The translations under genes and the position numbers were made by a program. Below are positions 53,716 to 62,267 of a DNA stretch of 64,000 nt, piece after piece. Under the pieces are notes generated by a model, which saw nothing but the letters and a program-made list of their open reading frames with translations, was not told the DNA's origin and searched no databases. The stretch is from a virus: positions 8,042-72,041 of IMG/VR virus record IMGVR_UViG_3300035682_000025, one strand, 5' to 3'. Numbering within the stretch: the stretch's first letter is position 1; each line of letters starts with the position of its first letter.

Positions 53716-54823
53716 CGCGTTTTCCTTTCCAGAATGCTACAGCAACAGGAAAGCGGAGCTTCCCGTCAGAGGTTTTATTTTGATATCGGACGGTCACTTG
53801 GGTTCCCACCAATGAGTCGCGTTCTTCGAGCAGTCGTTTTGCAAACTCTTGACTGCCGCGCATACCCGACTGCTGAACTTCTCCATCTGGTAGACGGATG
53901 GTAACGCTTTTTGCATAACCCTGCCAGTTGCCAAGACCCTCGACCACTTCTACGATTTCAAATTCATCATCTTCAAAAGTCTTATGCTTGAGCAGTGACT
54001 TTGAGCGTTTATGCTCATAGGGTGCATTCCGGTCACGAAGCATCTGCCCCTCATATCCACTCTCTAGATACTCGCCAAGTTTCGTGTCAATTTCATCAGC
54101 AGAGTGAACAAGAACAGCAGGAACAGCAACGACCATAGGGAACCGCCCAGCGATGTTGACTTGAATGAACTTGAAGCGTTCTGCATAGGTCAAGTCTTCG
54201 CCGGGAATAATGACATCATAGACATGGTATTCAATCATCTTAGCAGACTCATAAATGTCTTCTGATGTCGGCTTTGTCTTACGAGCCAATGAAATTAGTT
54301 TTTCAAAATCATCTTTCAGCTCATGATTATAGAGTTCGCCATCAACAACCGCATCAGGGAATTCGTCAAATAGCGGCTGTAGAGCAGCTCTAATATGCGG
54401 GGATGATAGTAGTGGCTTTCCATTACGAGACTGTAGACCCGCTTCTGATGTGATACAGCGCACTCCATCCAACTTTGGTTGCGACCAATAGGGGAATGCT
54501 TTATTCTTCTTTGCATCATAAGCTGCTGCAAGCATACATTCAACGAACTTTGCGCCCTTACGAGCCTCTTCAATCGTATCAGCGTATTTGCCTTGATATG
54601 TTTGATGCTCATATTTGGATTTGACTTCCGATAGCACCTGTTCGGTGACGGAAGTAGCATTTACTTTGCCGACATTTTTCTCTGTCGGATATTGCCAACC
54701 AGATACGACAATCTTTCCGGTTTCTAACCCAGAATGAGTTCTATAGGCTTCGTCATTTGATTCAATCCACCAAGTTCGAACTCGGCCGGTGCTATCAATT
54801 TTATATAGTGTAGGATGGTTCAT
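53708..54823 (-). CDS. ATP-dependent DNA ligase
   Basis: Motif I QPKLDGVRC, motif III/IV region, EGQMLR, LLKHK motif V/VI. 371 aa, similar in size to T7-type phage ligases. Confidence 0.85.
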   Translation of the reverse strand: MNHPTLYKIDSTGRVRTWWIESNDEAYRTHSGLETGKIVVSGWQYPTEKNVGKVNATSVTEQVLSEVKSKYEHQTYQGKYADTIEEARKGAKFVECMLAAAYDAKKNKAFPYWSQPKLDGVRCITSEAGLQSRNGKPLLSSPHIRAALQPLFDEFPDAVVDGELYNHELKDDFEKLISLARKTKPTSEDIYESAKMIEYHVYDVIIPGEDLTYAERFKFIQVNIAGRFPMVVAVPAVLVHSADEIDTKLGEYLESGYEGQMLRDRNAPYEHKRSKSLLKHKTFEDDEFEIVEVVEGLGNWQGYAKSVTIRLPDGEVQQSGMRGSQEFAKRLLEERDSLVGTQVTVRYQNKTSDGKLRFPVAVAFWKGKRDV

Positions 54824-54839
54824 GCAATTCCTTTCATTA

Positions 54840-55151
54840 TCATGCAGCCCAAGGGGATTTCTTTTTCGGGGCGACCTTCTCAGCGAGTTTTACGAGATAG
54901 GTGCCGATTGGACCGATATTCGTGTCAACAGAAAAGAGCTGCGATACGGTCCGAACTGCAGTTCCATCTTCTTCGTCTGGCATTTCAACAATCAGATGAG
55001 CGATAGCCGGAAAGAATTTTGTTGCGGGCATCACGCGATGGCCGACAACTACGCCTTCCACTTCGGGGTAGTAAGCACCGCAACGCGAAAGAACGACCGT
55101 CCCAACGGGAAAGTCGTTCATATTTTCGGGAGTGATTTTGATCAGCGTCAT
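54840..55151 (-). CDS. Hypothetical protein
   Basis: 103 aa, after promoter P19. Confidence 0.4.
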   Translation of the reverse strand: MTLIKITPENMNDFPVGTVVLSRCGAYYPEVEGVVVGHRVMPATKFFPAIAHLIVEMPDEEDGTAVRTVSQLFSVDTNIGPIGTYLVKLAEKVAPKKKSPWAA

Positions 55152-55176
55152 GTGAATGTCTCCTTATCACAGTTAC

Positions 55177-55205
55177 AACATACAGTGATTCGGGTCCATT
55201 GTCAA
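55177..55205 (-). promoter_or_regulatory. Conserved early promoter P19
   Basis: Reverse complement reads TTGACAatggacccgaatcactgTATGTT. Confidence 0.5.
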
Positions 55206-55209
55206 GCGG

Positions 55210-55446
55210 TTATTCGTAGTCTTCTTCGTCTAAATCGCTATAGTTATCTGATGGATAGAGTTCTTCCCATACCTCATCAAACACTTCATCATTTCCGACA
55301 CATTCGTCAAGTGTGTCACAATCAAACTCTTCGAAGGCATAGATCATCTGTTCATAGAATGATGTTCGTTCGACCTCATTTGTGATTGTTGCCTTGGCGG
55401 CGTCAATTAGTTCTGTAGCCAGTCTGCTTCCGCTTCCCCAACCCAT
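55210..55446 (-). CDS. Hypothetical acidic protein
   Basis: 78 aa. Confidence 0.4.
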   Translation of the reverse strand: MGWGSGSRLATELIDAAKATITNEVERTSFYEQMIYAFEEFDCDTLDECVGNDEVFDEVWEELYPSDNYSDLDEEDYE

Positions 55447-55471
55447 GTGTTAGCTCCTTTTACTGTGATTG

Positions 55472-55915
55472 TTATTGATATTTTTCGCTTTGCTTTTTGC
55501 TTGCGAGATTTCTTTCAGCAAGGTCTTTCGTAAAGACCTCTAAATTTTTACCTCTGCGATCTACTTTATAACACAATTGCCCGCCAAAGTAAACCAAAAA
55601 CTCTTGTGTAGCTGGACATTCTAGAACAATCGTGTAAGCAGTCGTCATCGATGCTCCACCCATTCCACCATGGCCAAGTGCAGTACTTCCCCATGTTTGG
55701 GGAAACATTGCATAGACCCAGAAGTCTCGGCCACTCCACGGTCGCCGAGATTTGGGTATCTTCTTCTCTCGTGCAGCAATACGCTCTTCTGTTGTCTTTG
55801 CTTTCTGGGAAGCTTCTAGATCAATGCTGTCATATTCAATATCACTGACACCTTCGTACTGAGCATGAGCTAGCGCTTCATGCAGGTCACGCAATGGATT
55901 GTCAATGCAGTTCAT
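55472..55915 (-). CDS. Hypothetical protein
   Basis: 147 aa. Confidence 0.45.
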   Translation of the reverse strand: MNCIDNPLRDLHEALAHAQYEGVSDIEYDSIDLEASQKAKTTEERIAAREKKIPKSRRPWSGRDFWVYAMFPQTWGSTALGHGGMGGASMTTAYTIVLECPATQEFLVYFGGQLCYKVDRRGKNLEVFTKDLAERNLASKKQSEKYQ

Positions 55916-56223
55916 TCGTCTTCATCTTCATCTTCCATTCGCTCTTGGATGATTTCATCAAAGTATTCAAAGTCAAACGGACCGGAAAGCACTTGCCCGA
56001 GTTTTTCGTAAAGAGTGGTGACAACATCTTCCGGCAATTCGATCACTCCAAGCGTTTCATCAGAGAAGTTGAAGTGGCCTTCGCTGTGTTTTCCAAGAAG
56101 CTCATCCCAATAAAGATACCCTGTATATTCTTTATATTTCTCTACTTCTTCATCTGTCAGAAAGAACAGACCTTCAATCGCGCCCATGCGCCCATAGTCT
56201 TCGTAGTATTTGTATAGTTTCAT
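55912..56223 (-). CDS. Hypothetical acidic protein
   Basis: 103 aa, ATGA-coupled. Confidence 0.4.
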   Translation of the reverse strand: MKLYKYYEDYGRMGAIEGLFFLTDEEVEKYKEYTGYLYWDELLGKHSEGHFNFSDETLGVIELPEDVVTTLYEKLGQVLSGPFDFEYFDEIIQERMEDEDEDE

Positions 56224-56483
56224 TCTTCATCATCCTCCACAATTGTAAATGATCTCATTACGCGTTCCTGCACCATCATGCTATTATCGCAATTCGGGCA
56301 GCAGTATTCTTTTGGTCCATCATCACCCCAATAGGTGATATGATATTGTGCATAATCGCAGTCACTCAAATCCTGCTCATGCGAACATTTTGGGCAAGTA
56401 ATCATTGTACTGTCCCATAGAGCATGGATACGCTCTATACCTTCAAGTGTCATCATTTTAGATAGACTCCCTTTTGGCCCCAA
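56220..56483 (-). CDS. Small zinc-ribbon protein
   Basis: CPKC...CPNC paired CxxC. Confidence 0.4.
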   Translation of the reverse strand: MGPKGSLSKMMTLEGIERIHALWDSTMITCPKCSHEQDLSDCDYAQYHITYWGDDGPKEYCCPNCDNSMMVQERVMRSFTIVEDDEE

Positions 56484-56598
56484 ATAACGGTGTACTCAGC
56501 CTTACGCACTTCCACCCAATCGTCTTTGTGTTCGGCCTCATAATATACTTTTGTGTCCGGTGGGAATTGTTGCAATAAAGCGATAAGGTGCTCAACTT

Positions 56599-56784
56599 TC
56601 ATTCTGCGATCTTTTTCATATATGAATTGATTATTTCCATTGATAATTTATAAGATTGAACTGCAACTCGCAACTCGAACTCGCTTTCTGTAATATCAGA
56701 TGTATTTACTGCTAAAAAGAAATCGCGGTAATCCGAATGATTTGAGATTTCACTGTTATCGTAGCCTTCAACTAATTGTTTCAT
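56599..56784 (-). CDS. Hypothetical protein
   Basis: 61 aa. An additional coupled sub-60-aa ORF lies at about 56458-56602. Confidence 0.35.
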   Translation of the reverse strand: MKQLVEGYDNSEISNHSDYRDFFLAVNTSDITESEFELRVAVQSYKLSMEIINSYMKKIAE

Positions 56785-56999
56785 TCTACACAGCTTCCAC
56801 TTACATATTGTTTACCAGATTCGACGCAGGCATTGAATTGTCGTTCTGTTTTAGCCATATCACTACTAATAAGCTTTCCGATTCCTAAAACAATAAGGAT
56901 AACGACGATGAAGAATAAGATAGCATCTAGATGCCAGCGGAGAATATCAGATAGAGAGTTCATGCTTTGGTTTCCATAATTTTGCGAATTTGAGTACAT
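56781..56999 (-). CDS. Small membrane protein
   Basis: 72 aa with a central hydrophobic helix. Confidence 0.35.
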   Translation of the reverse strand: MYSNSQNYGNQSMNSLSDILRWHLDAILFFIVVILIVLGIGKLISSDMAKTERQFNACVESGKQYVSGSCVE

Positions 57000-57300
57000 T
57001 CGGGGTTTCTAGTCTAGGACAGACGACAGCACAGGCTTTTCGTCCTTCAAGTGTAGTATTTTCGTGCCCAAGATAAACATCAGGTAGTGCTGCAATCTTG
57101 TCAAACTCTTTCTGGTTCACTCGCACCACACACTTGCGAAATGAGTCTTTAAGCCATGTCATATATTCTGGGTAGAACGGTAGACCGTATGATGGCCCTA
57201 CATATGTAAACTCTAAGTGAGCTCCTAACATGCTGTGTGCCACAAGAGTCGGTGTCATATAGTCAGGGAATTCGTCAAGTACTGCTATGTATAGTTTCAT
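56947..57300 (-). CDS. Hypothetical protein (weak PTH2-like N-terminal pattern)
   Basis: 117 aa. KLYIAVLDEF...TLVAHSMLGAH loosely resembles the PTH2 signature. Confidence 0.4.
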   Translation of the reverse strand: MKLYIAVLDEFPDYMTPTLVAHSMLGAHLEFTYVGPSYGLPFYPEYMTWLKDSFRKCVVRVNQKEFDKIAALPDVYLGHENTTLEGRKACAVVCPRLETPNVLKFAKLWKPKHELSI

Positions 57301-57467
57301 TGGTGTTTCTTTCCGCAGATGGGGCAGCTTCCTTGCTCGACAAAACTAACAGTCGTGAAGTTTGATGAGGTTCCACTGTAGTAACCTCTATCCCAAGAAA
57401 GGGTCTTGTCGTATAGTGCAGCGCAGCCGCTGCATCTAATAAGATTTGAAGCATTGGCAATGTTCAT
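57297..57467 (-). CDS. Small zinc-ribbon protein (56 aa), not in track
   Basis: MNIANASNLIRCSGC...CPICGKKHQ. ATGA-coupled at both ends. It replaces the overlapping track ORF 57275..57460 in another frame. Confidence 0.4.
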   Translation of the reverse strand: MNIANASNLIRCSGCAALYDKTLSWDRGYYSGTSSNFTTVSFVEQGSCPICGKKHQ

Positions 57468-57709
57468 TTTTCCAAATACTTTTCGCCATTGTTTTTCTGA
57501 TATTCTTTGAGTCCAATATTTAGCATACGCTCAATATGCACCAAATCACAGTTTAGCGCCGGATCATGCAATTCAACTAGGTTGTAGCCATGTCTATGAT
57601 TGCACCTACCATAATATAATACATGAAACTCATTATTAGCACCATGAGGTCTAATTGTGTATTTCATTTCACATGTACAGTTGTTGAATATATCTAAGTC
57701 ACTCATCAA
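57464..57709 (-). CDS. Hypothetical protein
   Basis: 81 aa. Confidence 0.4.
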   Translation of the reverse strand: MMSDLDIFNNCTCEMKYTIRPHGANNEFHVLYYGRCNHRHGYNLVELHDPALNCDLVHIERMLNIGLKEYQKNNGEKYLEK

Positions 57710-58299
57710 ATCATTCCAATACTTTGAAAAAGTTGCTTATCAATCGCCCATCTGTTTTCGCGATAGTTCTTCGCTTCCAGAGCAAGGTCTTCGATATTGA
57801 CCGGCGTGTAGTTTCGCATTTCTACACAGACAGAAGTGTATGGACCGATCTTCGGAGAACCCATTGTGTGGCTGTGGCCATGGACCTGAAATAGAGGGCA
57901 TTCAATACTTGTGCCCCGAAACAGCGCCATTAGATTCAATGGAACATGATGAAAAATAAGACCATGTTCAGTGAACATACGCCAGAACAGAGTTTTCTTG
58001 AAGAATGCTCCGTTTGCGAGAAATTGAATATCGTCATGGTTGCCGACAATTAGTCGCTTTGAACCATTGAACTTTGGCCAATCTCTCTTGAATGTTTCCT
58101 TGTCACCAAAGAATGTATCACCCAAAGTATAGACGATATCGCCAGGCTTCACAACAGAATTCCATCGATCAAGCAAGCACTCGTTCATTTGCTCTACAGT
58201 ATCAAAATCGCGAGTTCGGTTGCCTTGATAGTCAATAAAGCTCAGGATGTTGGCATGATTGTAGTGTAGGTCTGAAATGACCCAAATATCTTTAGCCAT
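57706..58299 (-). CDS. Calcineurin-like metallophosphoesterase (Ser/Thr phosphatase / diadenosine tetraphosphatase family)
   Basis: ISDLHYNH, GDxxxG, GNHD, HGHSH motifs. Confidence 0.75.
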   Translation of the reverse strand: MAKDIWVISDLHYNHANILSFIDYQGNRTRDFDTVEQMNECLLDRWNSVVKPGDIVYTLGDTFFGDKETFKRDWPKFNGSKRLIVGNHDDIQFLANGAFFKKTLFWRMFTEHGLIFHHVPLNLMALFRGTSIECPLFQVHGHSHTMGSPKIGPYTSVCVEMRNYTPVNIEDLALEAKNYRENRWAIDKQLFQSIGMI

Positions 58300-58316
58300 T
58301 TTAAATTTTCCTTATA

Positions 58317-58634
58317 TTAGGCTGCAGCCTTGACGAATTCTCGCAAGAGTTGGCCAGAATAGATGCCGATGCGGCTCTTGCCTGACTTATCTTTGACGCG
58401 CCAGTAGTTGATTTGTTTCGGCGAAAGATAACCAGCCTTCTGGTAGAACTTCGCCATTGAGGTTCCCATTTTTGCATGGCATGGACGGAAGCCTCGACCG
58501 TTTTTGTATTTAGTATCTTCGCTGTCGAGCTCATCAGCTGTCTGCAACTCAGCAAGACGAAGAAGCGCACGACCAACAGCCTTGTCGTTGGTCTCGAGCA
58601 GAGTTGCGATTTTTTCTTTGGTCCATTCAGTCAT
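58317..58634 (-). CDS. Hypothetical protein
   Basis: 105 aa. Preferred over the overlapping 58301..58576 frame. Confidence 0.4.
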   Translation of the reverse strand: MTEWTKEKIATLLETNDKAVGRALLRLAELQTADELDSEDTKYKNGRGFRPCHAKMGTSMAKFYQKAGYLSPKQINYWRVKDKSGKSRIGIYSGQLLREFVKAAA

Positions 58635-58905
58635 TGAAGATCACCACTTTCAGATTGGTCATACCGGGAGTAACAGAAACGAAGTTGATTGAGATTAGGT
58701 CCCCCTCGTTATCAAGAGTATCTTCCATTTGCACAAACACAACACAATTTCCAGTTTTTTCAGAAATGATTGTGAACCCCATGTCATCAGCATCATCATA
58801 GATGCGACCAAGTTTCAAATCTTTCAGTTCCGAAGCTTCAGCGGAAAACACGCCATTCTTGAATGCAAACTTGGAAGAACTAATCGGCGCAGGTTTCAGA
58901 AGCAT
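58627..58905 (-). CDS. Hypothetical protein
   Basis: 92 aa, after promoter P20. Confidence 0.4.
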   Translation of the reverse strand: MLLKPAPISSSKFAFKNGVFSAEASELKDLKLGRIYDDADDMGFTIISEKTGNCVVFVQMEDTLDNEGDLISINFVSVTPGMTNLKVVIFND

Positions 58906-58932
58906 GTTTCCCTCTTTTCTGACTACTCTTAG

Positions 58933-58961
58933 ACACTACACCGATTCGATATGTTTGTCAA
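58933..58961 (-). promoter_or_regulatory. Conserved early promoter P20
   Basis: Reverse complement reads TTGACAaacatatcgaatcggtgTAGTGT. Confidence 0.6.
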
Positions 58962-60136
58962 TACATTTTTTCAATGACCATAACTTTTTTTACGGTTGTC
59001 TCGCTGATGGCCATAGTCACAATATCAGATAGCAGAAATCCGACCTTGTACCTTTTTCCGCTGTAGCATTGTTTTGGGTCTGTGTGAACATAGATGTGCG
59101 GTGATACTGGTTCTTGAACCCAGTCGCCGATAGAGTATCGAATTTTCTTGCTATGAATGCAGTTTTCTAGCGTACCATCGGGCATTTCTTTGAATGATTT
59201 GTATCCGTATATCATCATATCGTCTGGCGCAATTTCGAACGGCTCTTTCTTGAGAATCTCTCGTAGACGAATTGCATTTGCCCCATCGGGCCTAATGCGA
59301 CCATCAGCCATCACAATTGCGTATCTGTCATTACTGCCGCCACAAACACTAAAACTAAACAACTTGTTGTTCTCGGGCATCTTGTAAGCATAGACCTTTT
59401 CTGTCGTGAATGCCAATTCAAAGTCGTCAGCGGTGAAATTACTATAGTCTGTAGAAGCGTCTGGAAACAGCAAGTCAACATTCAGGTCATCAAACAAGTC
59501 GATTGCAGCCTGAATAGAAAACTCTTTTCCTTCGGTATGAAGTTTTACCTGATGACCATAGGTTCCACCGATAACAGCTTCAAGCTCATCCCAACTAGTC
59601 GGAAGCGCGCTTTGCATGAGTGTTAGTGACATGCGAACCATTTCAGAAGTTGGAAGCGTGTACCCCTTCGCACGATACTTAGACAATCGCATCATGCTGT
59701 TGAGCGGATAGCGAGTCTTCGGGTTGAAACGAATGGTCTTTCCTGCGACATCCAGCCAGAAGTCTTTATGGAAATGATATTCTTTTGTATCACAATCGAA
59801 TGCAGCCATACATACAGTGAAGTCAAAGAATTCAAAGATTCGATCAGCTGTCGCGAATTCGTCAAACATCATGACCTGAACAATAACTCGCTCGTCTTTG
59901 TCATTTTTGATATCGTTTGATTTTAGCGTGATAGCACGGTCAGAGATGTTGACAATGAAGCAACCTTCTTCTTCCATCAAATAGTAGATGGTTTCGATTG
60001 CTGCTTCTGTTGATTTCGGATAAATGTCATAGTCAGAGATTTCGCTCTTTGTAACAGCAGAGAGGATTGCTCCACCAGCAACAAAACACTTGTCTAGACT
60101 ACCAAATGGGTGCGGGCGAATAGGAAGACGATTCAT
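58958..60136 (-). CDS. Pol-beta-superfamily nucleotidyltransferase, class II CCA-adding/poly(A) polymerase head-domain-like
   Basis: FVAGGAILSAVTKSEISDYDIY (GG-x11-DxD) and downstream FFDFTVCMAAFD (compare RRDFT[IV]NA motif B). 392 aa. Confidence 0.45.
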   Translation of the reverse strand: MNRLPIRPHPFGSLDKCFVAGGAILSAVTKSEISDYDIYPKSTEAAIETIYYLMEEEGCFIVNISDRAITLKSNDIKNDKDERVIVQVMMFDEFATADRIFEFFDFTVCMAAFDCDTKEYHFHKDFWLDVAGKTIRFNPKTRYPLNSMMRLSKYRAKGYTLPTSEMVRMSLTLMQSALPTSWDELEAVIGGTYGHQVKLHTEGKEFSIQAAIDLFDDLNVDLLFPDASTDYSNFTADDFELAFTTEKVYAYKMPENNKLFSFSVCGGSNDRYAIVMADGRIRPDGANAIRLREILKKEPFEIAPDDMMIYGYKSFKEMPDGTLENCIHSKKIRYSIGDWVQEPVSPHIYVHTDPKQCYSGKRYKVGFLLSDIVTMAISETTVKKVMVIEKMY

Positions 60137-60160
60137 AATATATGTCCTTAGTTGAATTTA

Positions 60161-61273
60161 TTAGTTGACGACCAATGTGATTTTTTCGGAGGCACGAGTA
60201 ACTGCAGTATAAGCCCATTTCCATCGGTCCTCACGAAAACACCAGCTTTCGTCCATAATGAAGGTCGATGACCATTGAGAACCTTGTGACTTATGTGTGG
60301 TGATGGCATAACCCCAACAAAACTGTTGACTTCCCTTTAACTCTTTCCAATGTGGCGTAGGCACATCTTCAAAAAAGAAGCTCTTGTGGGCACGGCTCAG
60401 AAATGGCAGTCGTTCATCATCCTGTGATTGAAGTCGCATTGTCAGAAAGTTTGTCTTGGCTATTTTTGGTTTGAGAACTTCTTCAACGTCAAACATTCCG
60501 CCATTGAAGATACCCAAGTCACGATCATTCTGTAGACAGATTAACTTGTCACCAATAACAGGAGTGTCTGGGTCAAGTCCCTTGAGTTTGCGTATTTTTG
60601 CGTTGAAGGATTCTCTTGTTGCATTTCTACCAACCAACACTTGATCTGCATCAATCAAGTCAGCTGTCGTCATTTTGTTCATGATACGGCTCTCACCGTA
60701 ACTACCCAACTTCGGCATCTGTTCATTCCGAATCATTGTGGCTAGGTGAATGATTGGATTGTCTTTTGCCTGCCGATGAATTTCGGTCAACATCACATCT
60801 GGTTCTTTTTCTGTAAAGTAACCAGCACCACTTACGGGTGGCAACTGACCAGGATCGCCAAGAACAAGAACTGGTTTTCTGAATGACAGAAGATCTTTCG
60901 CAAGTGCTTCATCTACCATTGAACACTCGTCAATAATAATCAGACTCACCTCATTCAAGCTAGATTGTCGATTTAGGTGCCAAGTGAGCTCGCCCGTCTT
61001 CGGGTCTTGTTCTGCCTTATAAATCAGACTATGAATAGTCCTAGCGTTTACACAACCATTCTTGCGCATCACCAAAGATGCTTTTCCAGTGAATGCTGCG
61101 AATTGGGTTTCACCATCAACATTTTCAGCGAAATGGCGTGCTAGAGTGGTCTTTCCTGTGCCCGCGTAACCAGCCACATAAAATACTTGCTTACTAGATT
61201 TACGCGAATTGGTATATTCATAGAACCATTTATCGACCGCCTTCAAGGCGTCTTGTTGTTTGTCAGTCCACAT
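60161..61273 (-). CDS. dda: Dda-like SF1B DNA helicase (RecD-like)
   Basis: GYAGTGKTT, IIDECSMV, GDPGQLPPV, YAITTHKSQGS, YTAVTRA motifs. Confidence 0.85.
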   Translation of the reverse strand: MWTDKQQDALKAVDKWFYEYTNSRKSSKQVFYVAGYAGTGKTTLARHFAENVDGETQFAAFTGKASLVMRKNGCVNARTIHSLIYKAEQDPKTGELTWHLNRQSSLNEVSLIIIDECSMVDEALAKDLLSFRKPVLVLGDPGQLPPVSGAGYFTEKEPDVMLTEIHRQAKDNPIIHLATMIRNEQMPKLGSYGESRIMNKMTTADLIDADQVLVGRNATRESFNAKIRKLKGLDPDTPVIGDKLICLQNDRDLGIFNGGMFDVEEVLKPKIAKTNFLTMRLQSQDDERLPFLSRAHKSFFFEDVPTPHWKELKGSQQFCWGYAITTHKSQGSQWSSTFIMDESWCFREDRWKWAYTAVTRASEKITLVVN

Positions 61274-61288
61274 ATCAATCCCTTTTCT

Positions 61289-61738
61289 CTAGAGTTTGGA
61301 GATAACCCAAGCCCCAGTAACATATTTTTTCAGGTGCGGAAATTGTGGAATCGGCACCGGTTTCATGGTGTGGTTGTCTGCCGCAAATCCAAAATGACTT
61401 ACGACCATGTGGCAGAACTTTTTGGAATCTTCAATCTGAATCATGAGCGGCATACATTTCTCATACGAGGTGCGCTCATCCAAAAATTTTTTCAGAAGAG
61501 GAGCATCAGAGTAGCGAGAGGATAGGTCAATTTGAATTCCCTTGTATCCTTGCTCACGAAGCATCAGAAGTGCTTCAGAAGCATACACACCTTCAACATC
61601 TTTCAGGCGCTTGTCCTGAATGAACGCAGCGCGAGAGTGAGAATGAAACAGTGGAATGCCGGTCAGGAAGGATATTGAGGTTGGAACACACCACGCGGTG
61701 TTTGCTTCCCAACCACGAGTTTCTACAGCATGAAGCAT
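61289..61738 (-). CDS. Hypothetical protein
   Basis: 149 aa. Confidence 0.45.
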   Translation of the reverse strand: MLHAVETRGWEANTAWCVPTSISFLTGIPLFHSHSRAAFIQDKRLKDVEGVYASEALLMLREQGYKGIQIDLSSRYSDAPLLKKFLDERTSYEKCMPLMIQIEDSKKFCHMVVSHFGFAADNHTMKPVPIPQFPHLKKYVTGAWVISKL

Positions 61739-61756
61739 GACAGATTTCCCTATGTC

Positions 61757-61966
61757 TTATACTTTGACTTTAGTCGATTCTTCTTCTAATGTCAAGATAT
61801 TCCGCATATCTCTGTCGGCATCTCGCTTCATTTCTTTGATGAAGGTCTGCCAGTGCGCCTCAATCGTATCTGGTGGACACTCCATACCTTCGTACCACCA
61901 ATAATTTACATTCGATTGTGCTTCACACAAATTTTTTGGTGTTTTGGTGTAACGAAACGGATTCAT
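61757..61966 (-). CDS. Hypothetical protein
   Basis: 69 aa. Confidence 0.4.
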   Translation of the reverse strand: MNPFRYTKTPKNLCEAQSNVNYWWYEGMECPPDTIEAHWQTFIKEMKRDADRDMRNILTLEEESTKVKV

Positions 61967-62182
61967 ACTTCGATTCTCCTAGCAATTGATATATCTTACC
62001 ATACATCACCCAGAAAATTTCGTCAATGATTCTTTTGTGTATATTTCCTTAGCCAACTCTTCTACGGGTCTGTTTTGAGCATAGCCCCGCTCAATCAGAT
62101 ACTCGGCTTTGTCTTTGTAGACTTTCTGCTGTTCATAGGTAAGTTTTTGCCAATCTTTTCTCATGCTGAGTTTCCTCTATTC

Positions 62183-62267
62183 ATAAATAGTAGTGTCAAT
62201 CGCGGGAGACCTGGCAGAATCCCCATTGACTCTATGTTTGACAACCTAATGAAAGGAAACACAGCTC
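62183..62267 (+). promoter_or_regulatory. HEG-associated late promoter plus conserved leader (copy C)
   Basis: CATAAATAGTAGTGTCAATCGCGGGAGACC...CCCATTGACTCTATG...AAAGGAAACACAGCTCATG. Confidence 0.55.

Noticed and set aside
57275-57460. Track ORF 61 aa (MPMLQILLDAAAALH...)
   Set aside because: Wrong frame. The same interval in another frame encodes a 56-aa Zn-ribbon ORF (57297-57467) that is ATGA-coupled to both neighbours.
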